Below are positions 21,201 through 32,350 of a stretch of 38,826 nucleotides of DNA, piece by piece. This DNA comes from Ascoidea asiatica JCM 7603 (taxonomy: Eukaryota > Fungi > Ascomycota), in assembly GCA_001600695.1 (NCBI GenBank), contig BCKQ01000015.1, forward strand, positions 299,695 through 338,520, given 5' to 3'. Both the position numbers and the translations under genes were made by a program. A model generated the notes under the pieces. It saw only the letters and a program-made list of their open reading frames with translations, was not told the DNA's origin and did no database searches. Numbering within the stretch: the stretch's first letter is position 1; every line of letters starts with the position of its first letter.

Positions 21201-22481
21201 TATCTTCATTTTGAGTTATGCTCAGATTCAAACAACAAAAATGGAAAACTTGATTTTAATCACAAATATTTAAAGGAGTGCATACGATCGTTTATTGATA
21301 TTTTTTCTTTAATCAAAGTATGCTGCATTCAAGGATCTAATAAACAATATAGTTGGTATTTAATTCCTCTACTTCATTACGCGTTTGATTCATTGAAAAA
21401 TTTTGGTCTAAGTATTATGATAAAAATTCTTCATTTTCAATATTCTTTAATAATCATAAAAATTGAACTGGAAACAAAATCAGAATTAGATCAACATACT
21501 AATTTGAATAAATTGAACAGAATCAAGGTTATTTTGGACAGCATCTTTAGTAGAATTGTGAAATATTTTGAATTTTATCTTTCAATATTTGGAAATATAG
21601 CTGACAAATATTATGATATTTGGAAAGCAATATTACCTTTAGAATTTTCTATAAGATCACTAAAATTTGAAAATTTTGGAGGTAACTTCAGTTTACATAA
21701 AACTTTAAAAGCCAATGTTAGTAACAAGAGAAATAATTTCCTTGATTTAGAAGAGGAAGATTTGCAGCTTATTTTAGATATGTTCAAGTACTATGATTGT
21801 TATGAATTTCTTAATACTACTAATACATCTGAAATTAAGATGAATAAAATAACAAAGCAAGATCCAGTGGTGGTCACTAAACGACCTTACACGGAAAAAC
21901 CCGTTGTTGCACCTTTAAAGACAGTTAATAGTGGACTATCAGATGATTCGACTTCTTCATCTACATCCCCAGAAAGTTCATATTCTTCTTCTCCTAAGAG
22001 TAGTCGTAATACTGGAGATCGTAGAAATAGCATAACCCAAAGCTCTACTAGCAATTCTTCCATTTCTAAGAACACATTTTCAAATACAATAAATAAGGAT
22101 TCAACAATAGCCCTTAGCTCAATTAACATACCACCCACTCTCAACGGTAATTCCAAGAAGATGTTCAATTCTAATTCTCCCGAAAATGAATTAATTCTTG
22201 GTGTTTCGAATAGCAGTGCTCAGCCCTTAAATAACAATAATAACTCCATGGATATAAATTTTGGCAATCAAAATTTAGAAATATCAGGAAATTTTAGAGA
22301 TGATATAAACAATGGGTCCCTTTCTGAATTTAATGATTTTGATCCATCAAGCTTGTTTACAGATGATATAGGAAATTTTTTCTTCGAAGAATTTGATTCA
22401 AATAATCAACTTGCTCAAATTCTTGAACTTTTCAATAACGACCCTACTAATACTTCTACTAGAAATCCTCCTTTTTTTTGA
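18231..22481 (+). CDS. Large Zn(II)2Cys6 transcription factor, Mrr1-like family
   Basis: KRRRNPISCTCCRKKKRRCDRKRPSCTLCKKTDSNCIYE, GPFHWFTIAQRD, FFKNVYPFLPYLDEEYF, QLLIVLRFAYLS and GPEESDG. The first ATG is at 18231; the ORF track starts at a TTG at 18225. Confidence 0.9.
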   Translation: MDGNKLDDSVMDPNHNNNNNKCNNGDSNIINNSSLLDNASNLLPSFNTNINNNSALNQSLLSTPSQSTILDPYTLSISTQNIVENSINAIKKLEKKIKSVSNENEIENEQQNENDIENEINNLESSNKFTENIDKKIILDKKVKKRRRNPISCTCCRKKKRRCDRKRPSCTLCKKTDSNCIYENSIWDSDSIINLNINNNNKKNINNKNITYDNSNGFSVINSNINKILPNENNSSSNTHSNINNINTTNPRKAINKTIFSKNSNPIKTKFKYYQPSNGSLTLSLPMNIPSESTGNVPDNIPNSSIESNFNLYSNYAPLYSKSFKIIKVGPFHWFTIAQRDWYLKLLFTNIHNLKKVTNFYKSNFNSPINPLLKKNLILNNISDKSSTNLKIASIVKKKKSNLINFNLPLNQSASNKLLSKDLEILDLINNFLPPKFIILKYIDIFFKNVYPFLPYLDEEYFRKNVNIILSSTSFLTSSSTTSLPASSKITNENNLENSFKNSKCTATLTHKRDSFILAQLLIVLRFAYLSISSPSLNPAFNNNKKLHESSDDFKKEARTKLDNSKRHYQSKDSLVVTQNPKLSGKSKVSKPKPKAKEKSKTKPKGKPKLQAKAQSIPKSTLEPQINNTEIHSTKLQEDSEILSYSIDADAISFAKLLLSNFNYFKKSGLEIFQTLLYLRLYKSFGPEESDGFEGNDSLILNGLLFSTALSISLNRNVSNFYNLLDPNSKKNFKQYSKKYNQILKQDNGDYGLNVGKTKEAKVTAKTKFPNLMEPPNDSRANCFYKEPEFIVKKDKLIWLWSKLWIGLKHLESSQCINFGVNGNLFDQFDDNELPNYSNFLNSSNLKDLSLEKVSTEVLVDRGEIDLYVNDLIELTTGKQLNKERLKSKFKSCQKIGLNNGEAQIQNSAPSNISPFGISHIELFSKVQKIEDILNEKFDPPKKLLENFIKPKLQVKNGQYRADVGRFESLSRITSYLETACYLFNLKYQLYLHFELCSDSNNKNGKLDFNHKYLKECIRSFIDIFSLIKVCCIQGSNKQYSWYLIPLLHYAFDSLKNFGLSIMIKILHFQYSLIIIKIELETKSELDQHTNLNKLNRIKVILDSIFSRIVKYFEFYLSIFGNIADKYYDIWKAILPLEFSIRSLKFENFGGNFSLHKTLKANVSNKRNNFLDLEEEDLQLILDMFKYYDCYEFLNTTNTSEIKMNKITKQDPVVVTKRPYTEKPVVAPLKTVNSGLSDDSTSSSTSPESSYSSSPKSSRNTGDRRNSITQSSTSNSSISKNTFSNTINKDSTIALSSINIPPTLNGNSKKMFNSNSPENELILGVSNSSAQPLNNNNNSMDINFGNQNLEISGNFRDDINNGSLSEFNDFDPSSLFTDDIGNFFFEEFDSNNQLAQILELFNNDPTNTSTRNPPFF

Positions 22482-25395
22482 AGCAATAGATATCTTCCTT
22501 TTCTTTAGGTTATGTATTTAGCTTAAATTCTTCAGTTTGTTAATGGCATTTTAATCTCAAGTATCATATTTAAGAAGGTTTTTAGATAAAATAACTATTA
22601 AAACACAAAAGTGAAAATTTTCAAGCATACAATGCGTATTTGGGTACGATCATGCATGTCAGTTTTCTCTATGCGTTTTCTCGGCATCGCCACAAACCTT
22701 AAAGGTGCTAACCAATTTTTCTGAACTTAGATGACTTTTGTTTGTAAGTTAAGGCCAAGAAGTTTAATTTCCATATAAACTACAGTAAAAATGAACCAAT
22801 TGCAGAGTTTAACTATAACTCAAAAAATTCTTATCAAATTGAGATCCAGGAGTTAATATCCGGCTACTATAAACCAACTAAGGTTTCATTATTATCATTC
22901 TCTCTGTTTAATGCTTTGTCGAAGTCAATAAAAATATATGAGCTTTAATTGCCATTTTTATTTTCTGTTCCCGAGTTCGTTGAAAGCAAGTTTTTAATTA
23001 TAAGATCAAAATGACGGAATCGTATTTGCGATGTGTTGTATATTTTGCATAATTTTTTTTGGTCAAAGTCAAGTATTGATATAATATCGCCTCATAATCA
23101 CCTTTTAAATTAGTTTTAGTTGAATTTTGGTGAAAATAAGTATCTTTAAATCATTAATTTTTTTTGAAAATGGAAAAAGGAATATCAAAGTTTTGATAAA
23201 TATATTTATTATTCAAATTTTTAAATAAGGCAGTTATTTCCTGATTTTCAGGAAAGACATGTTTATTATAGTGAGACATTTTTATATTCAAAATTTCATT
23301 GAGAAGAAAAGAGTACTGAATGATTTGAAGCAGATTAAGTTTGATTATGTTTAAATTTTACGCATGTGCTTTTATTACGTGTTGTTTTTTATTATTTGAA
23401 AATCGAGTAAGGTCAGAGAAAAACTTACTCTACCTAAATAATTATTTCAAAGATTATTGGTAGCTTCTTTATTTTCTTTTATTTTAATAGAATACAGTAA
23501 AATAATTTCAAGTGTTAATTGCCATGTCTTTTTGTTTTTCATGCACCTTTCAATTACGAGAAAGTTGATGCTCCAAATGTACATAAGTTTAAAAAATATT
23601 TATCGGCATTTCCCGAAATAAAAAATAAGTAATATTGACAAAAGGAAGTTGAAAATGAAATCTACATATAAAAAGTAAACTTATTTAATTTAATCTATAA
23701 TCGAATTAAGAAAAATAAAAAAAATATAAAATATGATCAGAAAGTTTAGCTGAATGAGAGTTGCTTACCAGGTTTGAAAAAAAATCTTTTCCAGATAGTT
23801 TGATCATTATGAAATAAAAACTTAAAGAAATGATTTCAAAATCAAAACATCTCTCATGATCCAAGTAAATAAACTATTATATTTGAATGTTCTTTTCATA
23901 CTGTCTCGTTCGAAGAAAAAAAATAAAAAAACCACAAGATTTTCAATAAGAAATTAAGTGCTTCATTCACTAAATTTTTGGTTACTTGAGTAATGAGAAA
24001 TAATTGAAAGCAGCAAAGTATTTATTTTATATCACTATAGTCAAACCTCGGGCTTAAGCTAAACTTAAGTTAAAACTGTGAATATTTTGTGATAAACCAT
24101 TAAATTTTACTTTGTTTTTGAGCCAGTATTAGATTTTACCGATAATCATTTGCATTTCAATTGCAACTATTATTCATTTCAGTTCTCATTTATTCGTGAA
24201 TATTTTTAAGACTCGTAATTCAAATTTAAGCAGCAAATAAAAGTTTTTATCTAGCATTTTGCTAGAAAGAATAATCGCTATAATGTAAATTTAATCTACA
24301 ATATATTTTACTTTGGTTGATGTAGTTACTTTTAGAACTTTATAAGATGCAAAGACAAGTCGATCTTTTAAGCTAGATATAACTGTAATGAATTTATTGA
24401 TAATTCATATAATTATATATTATGTATTTGATTTGAATTGGCTCAAAATTTCCCATACAATAATTATTTTAATGAGGAATATTTTGTAAATACCTATAAC
24501 CTGCTGCATAAAGCGTCCCGCAGTAATGTCAATAAATTTGTAAATATCCAAACTGGAGTTGAAAATAATGTTAGGTTTAATCTATAATTCAATTCAGTTA
24601 TTAGTGCTTTATTCCTATCACATTTGGATAAGAAAAGCAAGAACTTCAATATCAATTGAAGAACAATAGAAGCTATTGAAGAATATGATTACCTGGTTCT
24701 TCTCCCATAGACTTTCCTGAAATTTATATCAATAATTGGTTTTTATTTACAATCTTTGACTTATGATAATTCAATAATAAAAGAGAATAATCATAACTAT
24801 AAAAGAAATTAAAAAAGGATTAACTACTATTAAAAGGATACTTTCAAATTCATTCAATTTCTTGTCTTCTAAAGTTTAATTTTACCTAACTCATTCTTTT
24901 TTATTCATACTTCGTTTAAAAAGGTGCTCTACTGGGTATACTTGAGTTGTAAACAAATAAAATAATTTTGTTAATTCTTTTTATTTTTTCAAATATCTTT
25001 TTCATAATTTTCAGACTGATCAATTTTCTCACTCAGATTAAAATAAAAATTCCTTTTTCTCAGTTTGCAAGTTCCTCAGTATTTTTTTATTTTTGTTCAG
25101 TTTTAAAAAAGGCTTTCAGAAACAAGTTTTTCAACAATTTTTTAAATCATTACTATTTTTAACTAAAAGTGGATTTTACGAAGAAGAAGAGAAAAAATTT
25201 TAGCAAACTTTTTAATATATTTCATTGGTATATTTTTTGTTTTCATTTTTATGAACTACAGCATCTATTAAAAAACTGAGATTTAATACATTGAATATAT
25301 CATTTTTTTTTAAAATCTCAACTGACATATTTTTTTTAAAAAGATTCTAACCGTTTTTATTTTTTATTGCTTTATTCAATTATTCGTGGATTCAA

Positions 25396-25530
25396 ATGGT
25401 AATGGATATATATTCTATTAAGGAGGGATATTTCAATTCAAGCTCTGATCAAAAATTTGTTAACTCTAATTGTAAGAAGACTAATAGTCAATCAAATATG
25501 CATGATAGAGATAAACAGACAGAAGCATTC

Positions 25531-25588
<58 letters not shown>

Positions 25589-27012
25589 TAAAGACGTATC
25601 AGTATGCATCGATCACAAACATAGATTCACAAAAAACTCTAGAGAAAACATTAAATTTGAATAAGTCAAAGAATAATTTTGATTCTAGGTCAACAAAAAT
25701 AAATAAAGCTATTTGGGAAAACTTTAAAAAAACTAAATATATCATATATAAGTTCTGCAAGTTCTTTTATAATTTATTGCATTTCAAATATAAAAGCAAA
25801 AGAATTGACAAGGAATCATTTCAATCTAATAGAATAGGTTATGTGGATGAATATAATTCTGGAAAATTAAATTTGTCTTTCAATTCCAATTGTAATAAAA
25901 ATAAAACTCGCTTTTCAAATACAGTTTACCTAACAGATAGCATAGAAGCTGATACAAATATTGTTCCAGTTTGTGAATCATTTGATTTCAAAGGCCCTAG
26001 CAGTAAATTATATTTGTATTCGGCAACTGAAAGATATAATTTCAGAAAATTTGAAAAGAAGACAAAAAACATTGAAGCTCATCATTGTTCAATTAATTTT
26101 TCAAAGAAGTTGGATTCAAAAGATAGTTCTGATTTAGCAGAGAGTTTCGCATCTAAGGATATATTTATACCATACAAATTGAAAGATATAAAACTGAAAA
26201 AAAAGATGGCAAGAAATCTGAAAAATAATAAGAAAAGAAGTCGCAACAGTTCTTCTAGTCTGTCCAATACTGTTTCACCAGTACAAAATAATTCAAACTA
26301 TTCTGCTAATGGTTCCTCAGACCATTATTTCCCTCAATACAATGCTTCCTTTAGCTCACAATATATTAGTAATAGCTCCAATCAAATCCATCATCCAATT
26401 TCTTCGGGATATCCATCCTCTGTTTTCAATCAAAAACCTTCTAAGCACCTTACTATGCCATCTAGTAATAAACCTTCCAATGAACATCCAACTCAAATTC
26501 CTAGTCAAATTCCTAACCAATTTGCAAACCAGTTTCCTACCCAGTTTCCTACCCAGTTTTCTAATCAGCTTCCTAATCAATTCCCTAATAAGTTTTCCGG
26601 TGCCACTCAATATCAAGACCAATACTATAGTCAATATCCTCCCCAATATATTTCTCAATATCCTAATCAATTATCCGCCCCTTATTTAAATAATAGGAAT
26701 AATTTTACTTCCTCTGATTTGAATACTATAACCACAGGTGGAAATACTACTTCTACTGAGAAAACTGAAGCACAAGAGAAAGCTAGATTACTTAAAGAAA
26801 TTCAATTTATGATATCTGATCAAGAAAAATTGAAACTAGAGCAAGAAAAAAAATTAATGGAAATTCATTCTCTCCATGATAAAAGATTGGAATATTTAAT
26901 CAAGAAGATGGATTTAATTGAAAAAAAGAAAAAAGAGGATTTAAATTATTTGCAAAGTTGCCTAGATAATATGAACAATTCACCGGAGAGCAAAACTTCC
27001 AAAAAAAACTAA
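25396..27012 (+). CDS. Hypothetical 538-aa low-complexity protein (poly-N, Q/P/N/S repeats, C-terminal coiled coil)
   Basis: Long uninterrupted ORF in AT-rich DNA. No recognisable domain. Confidence 0.6.
25531..25584 (+). repeat. (AAT)18 microsatellite encoding poly-Asn
   Basis: Seen directly. Confidence 0.97.
26488..26595 (+). repeat. Nine degenerate 12-bp units encoding PTQI-PSQI-PNQF-ANQF-PTQF-PTQF-SNQL-PNQF-PNKF
   Basis: Seen in both the DNA and the translation. Confidence 0.9.
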
Positions 27013-29919
27013 TGGTAAGTGATAGGCTATGACACTTCATTTATTTTAAAAAGGTATAAGTATTCAGTTTCCAGGTATTATATTAAAGAAAATCAACAAA
27101 ACTAATTTACCTGAGCCTTTTGAAGTTTATTATTTCCAATTGTTTTGCTTTGTGCTTCTTTTATTCTCTTTTTCTGTTTGTTTTTCTAACTCGTCATTTG
27201 CATTAGTTTTTCTTTATTATTTTGGTGATTACTCTCTTTTTATTTCATATCCTATATTTTATACTTTGACAGTTTTCTACTTATTTGAAATTCTATCACA
27301 CATATTTATTACTTTTTGTTATATTTTCCTTTTCTCATATACTTTCAATAATCAAATTATTTTTCCGTTATTATCTTTGTATTATGTCCAGATTTTGATG
27401 ACATACAATTTTATCATTTACATGGCTAAAGGGTTGTTCTGAACAGATCAAATAAACACCTTATCTTACGTAACGACGGTTGATTATCTGTCACCGTAAA
27501 TATCCCATATATATTAGAACCCTATATATTATTTTCTAACAGTTACAACCTTACTTACACTTACCCATATTTATTATAGATATATCTAAGGGCTTCACCT
27601 TCAAAACAACAAAACGCTTTAACAGACAATATTTTTTATTATTAATTTTAAAATAAAGCCGAAACATCTTAAACCCTTTTCTAATTTTTCCCTGACTACT
27701 TTTTATAAAAACAAAATACTAAACAAAAAAGCAAAACATAATCCCATCAATAAAAAGACAATCTAAGAAAGTAATACTGAAATAGTTTATTTAACTTGTC
27801 TCAAGCTATTCTGAAAATTTAAGGCCTTTCATGGCACAGTCAAACTGCTCAAAGAACCAAGATTACATTTCTTAAAAGATAATTAATGTACAAAATTCAG
27901 TATACTTATTGCAAATTTTTTATCTTCCAATTCGTGATTATTTTAAACAAAAATCATAAATTATAAAAAGATGAATTATAAAGCAGACCAATAATTGAAA
28001 AGATATTAAGTTGGAAACCAGTAGTGAAATTTAATCAAGTGGGAAACTAAACTAAACTATGAAAAAAACAAAAGTTGAGCCACAATTGAAATTTGTTTGT
28101 TGACCTTAAGTAACATATGGCCATTTGTTGAAGGTTATAACAGGAGTTGCGCGAGACTTTACAATGAGAAATAATCAGTTTTTGATTTTTAATTTTGTAA
28201 GTTTTTTTGAAATTTTTTAATAATGTTTGATAAGACAATTTGTAGTAAAAAGCATGATCAGAATAACAAACCTTTTATAAATAATTATTTAAAATATCGT
28301 CGGCTTTATTCGTTCAATGAAAAGTTATAATTCAAAAATCAATTAAAATAAATATCCAAAATTCAAATTGAAACTCTTATTAATAAAGACCAATGGTAGA
28401 AGGAACCGCACTGATATATTTATTAGAAAAAAGCTCAGGGATCAGCTTCCCCAGTAGTAACATAACCTGAACAAGACAATACGCTTTTTAAGCCAACGCC
28501 TATTTAGGGCTTGAAGCACTATTGAAACAATGATACTCTTAAGTCGATAAACAGAGGCATTTTGTTAAAAAGAAAAATTGTTAATAAATAAATTAATGTT
28601 GGTACCATAAAGCATTGGGGCTGGAGAAATAACCAAACTAGAAATTTTAATATCCGACGCTTGTTAATTTCTAACATCTCTTAATAAGAAGTTAATAAGA
28701 TTTTAACTTAATAAGGGGGTGGATGTACCGGCGTTGGGCAAACTACGTTTTGTGCTAGATACATAAGTATTAAATATCCGATAATGTATTGAAATTGAAA
28801 TAAATGTTGAAGCTAGAATGTGTTTATTCCGAAACATCTACCATCATGGATTAATGCAATTGTTTGGGAGTTTTGGGCACTAGGTCTTTGATATTTTACC
28901 TGATCTTGAAAAATTTGATATTTGCTAAAAGTGCTTTGATAAAAATATAAACGTTTTATGATAGCAGTGTTTCTAAATTTGGCATAATTGCAATGTCAGA
29001 CAATCAAAATAACAATCTCAAATTGAACAGTTAATAAACAGAAGTAGGGATTCAACATAAAATCATAATAAGAAATGCTGACTCACAATCTTCCAGATGA
29101 TATGCTGGGTTGAAAGAAAATATTTGCTACTATTGATTAAGAAGTGCCAATTTTGGTAGCCTCATAAAGGGTGATCATCTGCCGAACGTTGATAATAGTT
29201 AAACTTTGATTTCGAATGTGAAAATTATACAACCATAATGTACTGTCAAAGAACTTTCAATGAGCTTTCCTTTTGAACAACACCAAAACATTGAACAAAT
29301 TGGAATAAAATGTGTATACAGTCGTATAAATATGAAAAATGGTAAAGAATAAAAATTCAAATCTTAAACATTTTGTAAAAATAATTGAATATTATAGCGA
29401 CAAAAAATGTTGTCAAAAGCATTAATAAAATTGCAAAGTCCAAATTCTAAAAGCAGGACAGCAAAAAAATAAAAGATGGGAAATTCCATATTTATATGTA
29501 TAAAGAATAGGGCAACTTTGAAACAAATGGAGTTAAGACGAAACTCAATATTAACTTTTCCCAATAGAACCAGAGAGTTATACCACTGGTATGGTAACAA
29601 AAGGTAAGGGTAGAAAATAATTTAGAAAGAAAAATATATTTTTTCAAATGTGTCAAACCACATAGGAAAAAAAAATTGGGAAAAGAAAAATTTCTGAACT
29701 CTGCTAAAGCACATATGCGAAATTGTCGGGAAAGTAAAGAGCTAAATATTTGATAAAAATAAAAAGTTATAAAAAGACGAAACATGTAGAGAAAACATTT
29801 ATAAAAACAGAAAATGTTTATCTTTAAATGTTTTTATAAGACTGATATGCTGGCTCAAAAGCCTGCTTTGGAATATGGAAGAATTCTTTGTTCATGTTGG
29901 ATCTTAATGGCCTTTTATT

Positions 29920-31209
29920 TCAGATAGGATTTGATCGCTTATATTGCATTAAGCCAGCTGCAATTAATTTAGGGGGGAAAACTAAACCCCATTCGAGTTT
30001 GTTTTTTCTCTCCTTATACGTTGTAAAATGGAAAAGGACACCATGGTATATGATATAGCTTTGGCAGATGATTTTATTATCATGCATTTTCATAAACATA
30101 TTGTATCTGGCGTCATCCATATATAGTGGATATTGATTTGTAATTGTTGACATGGGACAGTCAAAATCATTTATGACATCATATACCGCATGTAAAACGT
30201 CTTGTGGATTGCCAATATTTGATTGAATACATTTGAGATAAGTTTGAAAAAACATTAAATAATTGGTGGAAGAAATGACACCTATTATAGGAGAATAACA
30301 GTAACCATACATCAAGGAAAATGACTGCAAACTATAATTTGCAGTTTTGAAAGGCAATTTATTATTATTTTTATGATATGGGATGACATTTATGGATTTG
30401 GTTAATGGTTCGTTGATCTGATTCCTACTGTTCTGTACAATGTTATTTGAAGAGAATTTATCACAGTATTTTAAATCATAGAAAGAAATTTGTGTATGTT
30501 TGTTTGTCCCTAATAGTACTTTTGATCGTACATGGTAATAAAACATCCATCCAAGTAATCCGAATTTATTTACCTACTGACGAAAGTCTTCTCTTTATTT
30601 TCAATGTCCTAATGGCCCTTCATCAATTATTAATGAAATTGTAGGTTCGGAGCGGAGTGTTTTGGGAAGGAATAAATGATTTTGAGAAAATAAAATGCGA
30701 ATGATTTTGTTTAGTTCTGAAAGGACGTATGGTGTGTCGCTAATATCGGTGATGTCGAAATGTGATTGAACTTGCTGGTGGAATAAAACTAACTCTTCGG
30801 ATGTGTCTTCCCTTATAGTATTATTTTCAGTGTGTGCTTCATCTGAAGAATCGTCTATAGCAATTAAATCTTGTGTATGTATATTGTCAGTTAATTCACT
30901 TTCTTCATGTAATATATCATTAGAATCATGATTACTAATGTATTGGTTTGCAAAAGAAATCATTAAAGCTATCCTAGTCTCCCCATTGCACGATTCTGTT
31001 TCGGGAATTGGTTCATTTTCAGGAGGTTCCCATCTTGATGAGGTATTTGTAGAAGTAGCTGTTGATGGATCCGTTGACTCAGGATTGATTGATGTTGATG
31101 GATCAGAGTTGGTACTTGAATTAAGTACAGTTGACGATTGAGGAGTAGCGTTAGGTTCAAGAGTTAATGGAATGGAGGGAAATTGTAGTGTATGTTGAAT
31201 AGTAGACAT
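29920..31209 (-). pseudogene. Decayed large ORF of unknown family; fragments probably extend from about 28050 to 31890
   Basis: ORFs 30601..31209 and 29920..30546 are in one frame, separated by 18 codons. Stops are at 30601-30603 (TGA), 30595-30597 (TAA) and 30574-30576 (TAG). The frame continues past the TGA at 29920-29922 (NKRPLRSNMNKEFFHIPKQAFEPAYQ). More minus-strand fragments lie on both sides. Confidence 0.6.
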
Positions 31210-32350
31210 TGAATTATTTGTTTGTTATTTGTTTGTTATTTGTTTGTTGATTGTTATTTTAGTAATATTTATTAAAGTTTTATGGTTTTGTTCCTGAAAT
31301 GTGGTTTGCACCATTCCAGAAATTTTGCAGGGTAACGAATTTAGATGTTCCATGATTGGAAGGCCTTTGCCAAGTGTTTGGTATGTGTTGTCAGATCATG
31401 GGTAGGTGGCCATATGTACGATTCTCATAAACGAGAATCATACGGTTTGAGATCTACGCTCAAACCTGTAGCACTATCTGCTACAGTACCCGCATTCATA
31501 GCTAAACGTTCAACAAACTTTTAATGTTCGTATGTTCAGATTCAGTATCTTCATTGATAATTGCCTTACAATGGGAATAATTATTTAGATAACTTAATAT
31601 TTTTTTCGGAAGTTTTGGGTGTTTCATACATTTCAAATAGTTCTTCAGATTCTGGAGTATCATATTAAAGGCTGGTTCTAGCAAATTTGTTTTTCCTCAT
31701 CAAAGGATCCGGGGAATGTTTCGTTTCCATATTTACCTTTAAATTCCTCTGAGTCCTGATCAAATGCTATTTGGGCAAAATCAAATAGATCAATTGGCGG
31801 TAACCCTGAATCTTCTTTCATGATAATTGGAGACGGTTCCTCAGTATTATTATCCTCTGATTGACTATTAGACTTATATTCTAGATTCATTTTTCGTTTT
31901 AAAGACCTGATGTTTCTACTTCTAGTAGCAGAATTTAAAATAGGAAGACAATGTTAATAGTTTAGTAATATTGTTGGTAAACCTATCGAAATATATGTCG
32001 ATTTGTTTTAATTGTTTTATCTTAGTTATTTAATCATTTTCTAGTCTTCCTTATTGGAGTGAGGATTTCAGATTATTAGGTTTCTTAATTTATCAACTGA
32101 TTTATAGTAGTCTGGACAAAAGCAAATTTTGAAAAAAAAGCAAAATTTGGAAAATCGGAGAAAGCCTAATTTTTCTCAAATTATGTCATTGAAAATAAAT
32201 AGCAGGAAGGCCAACCTGAGTTTTAATTTAATCATGTGATAAAAAAGATTAAAAAAATTTTTTGGAAAAGAAAAAAGTGTTTGATACTAAAGTAAAAATC
32301 ATCATTGTAGATGATATAATTCAGTATTGAATGATTTTTCATGTGTGAGT

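Noticed and set aside
24470-24840. A plus-strand frame with sparse stops (EEYFVNTYNLLHKASRS…), possible pseudogene
   Set aside because: No recognisable motif; I cannot distinguish it from background without a search.
584-27442. Short antisense, overlapping or intergenic ORFs in the track (e.g. 584..880, 2415..2621, 6893..7141, 8901..9185, 10133..10366, 26309..26689, 27140..27442)
   Set aside because: They are shadows of real genes, overlap a tRNA, start at non-ATG codons or are low-complexity translations of AT-rich DNA.
27435-27611. Solo LTR (TGTT…AACA)
   Set aside because: No target-site duplication and no second copy in the window.
31363-31376. GCCTTTGCCAAGTG as the missing tRNA-Thr 5' half
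   Set aside because: It is on the opposite strand, lacks positions 8-10 and lies inside the decayed ORF, so it is probably chance.
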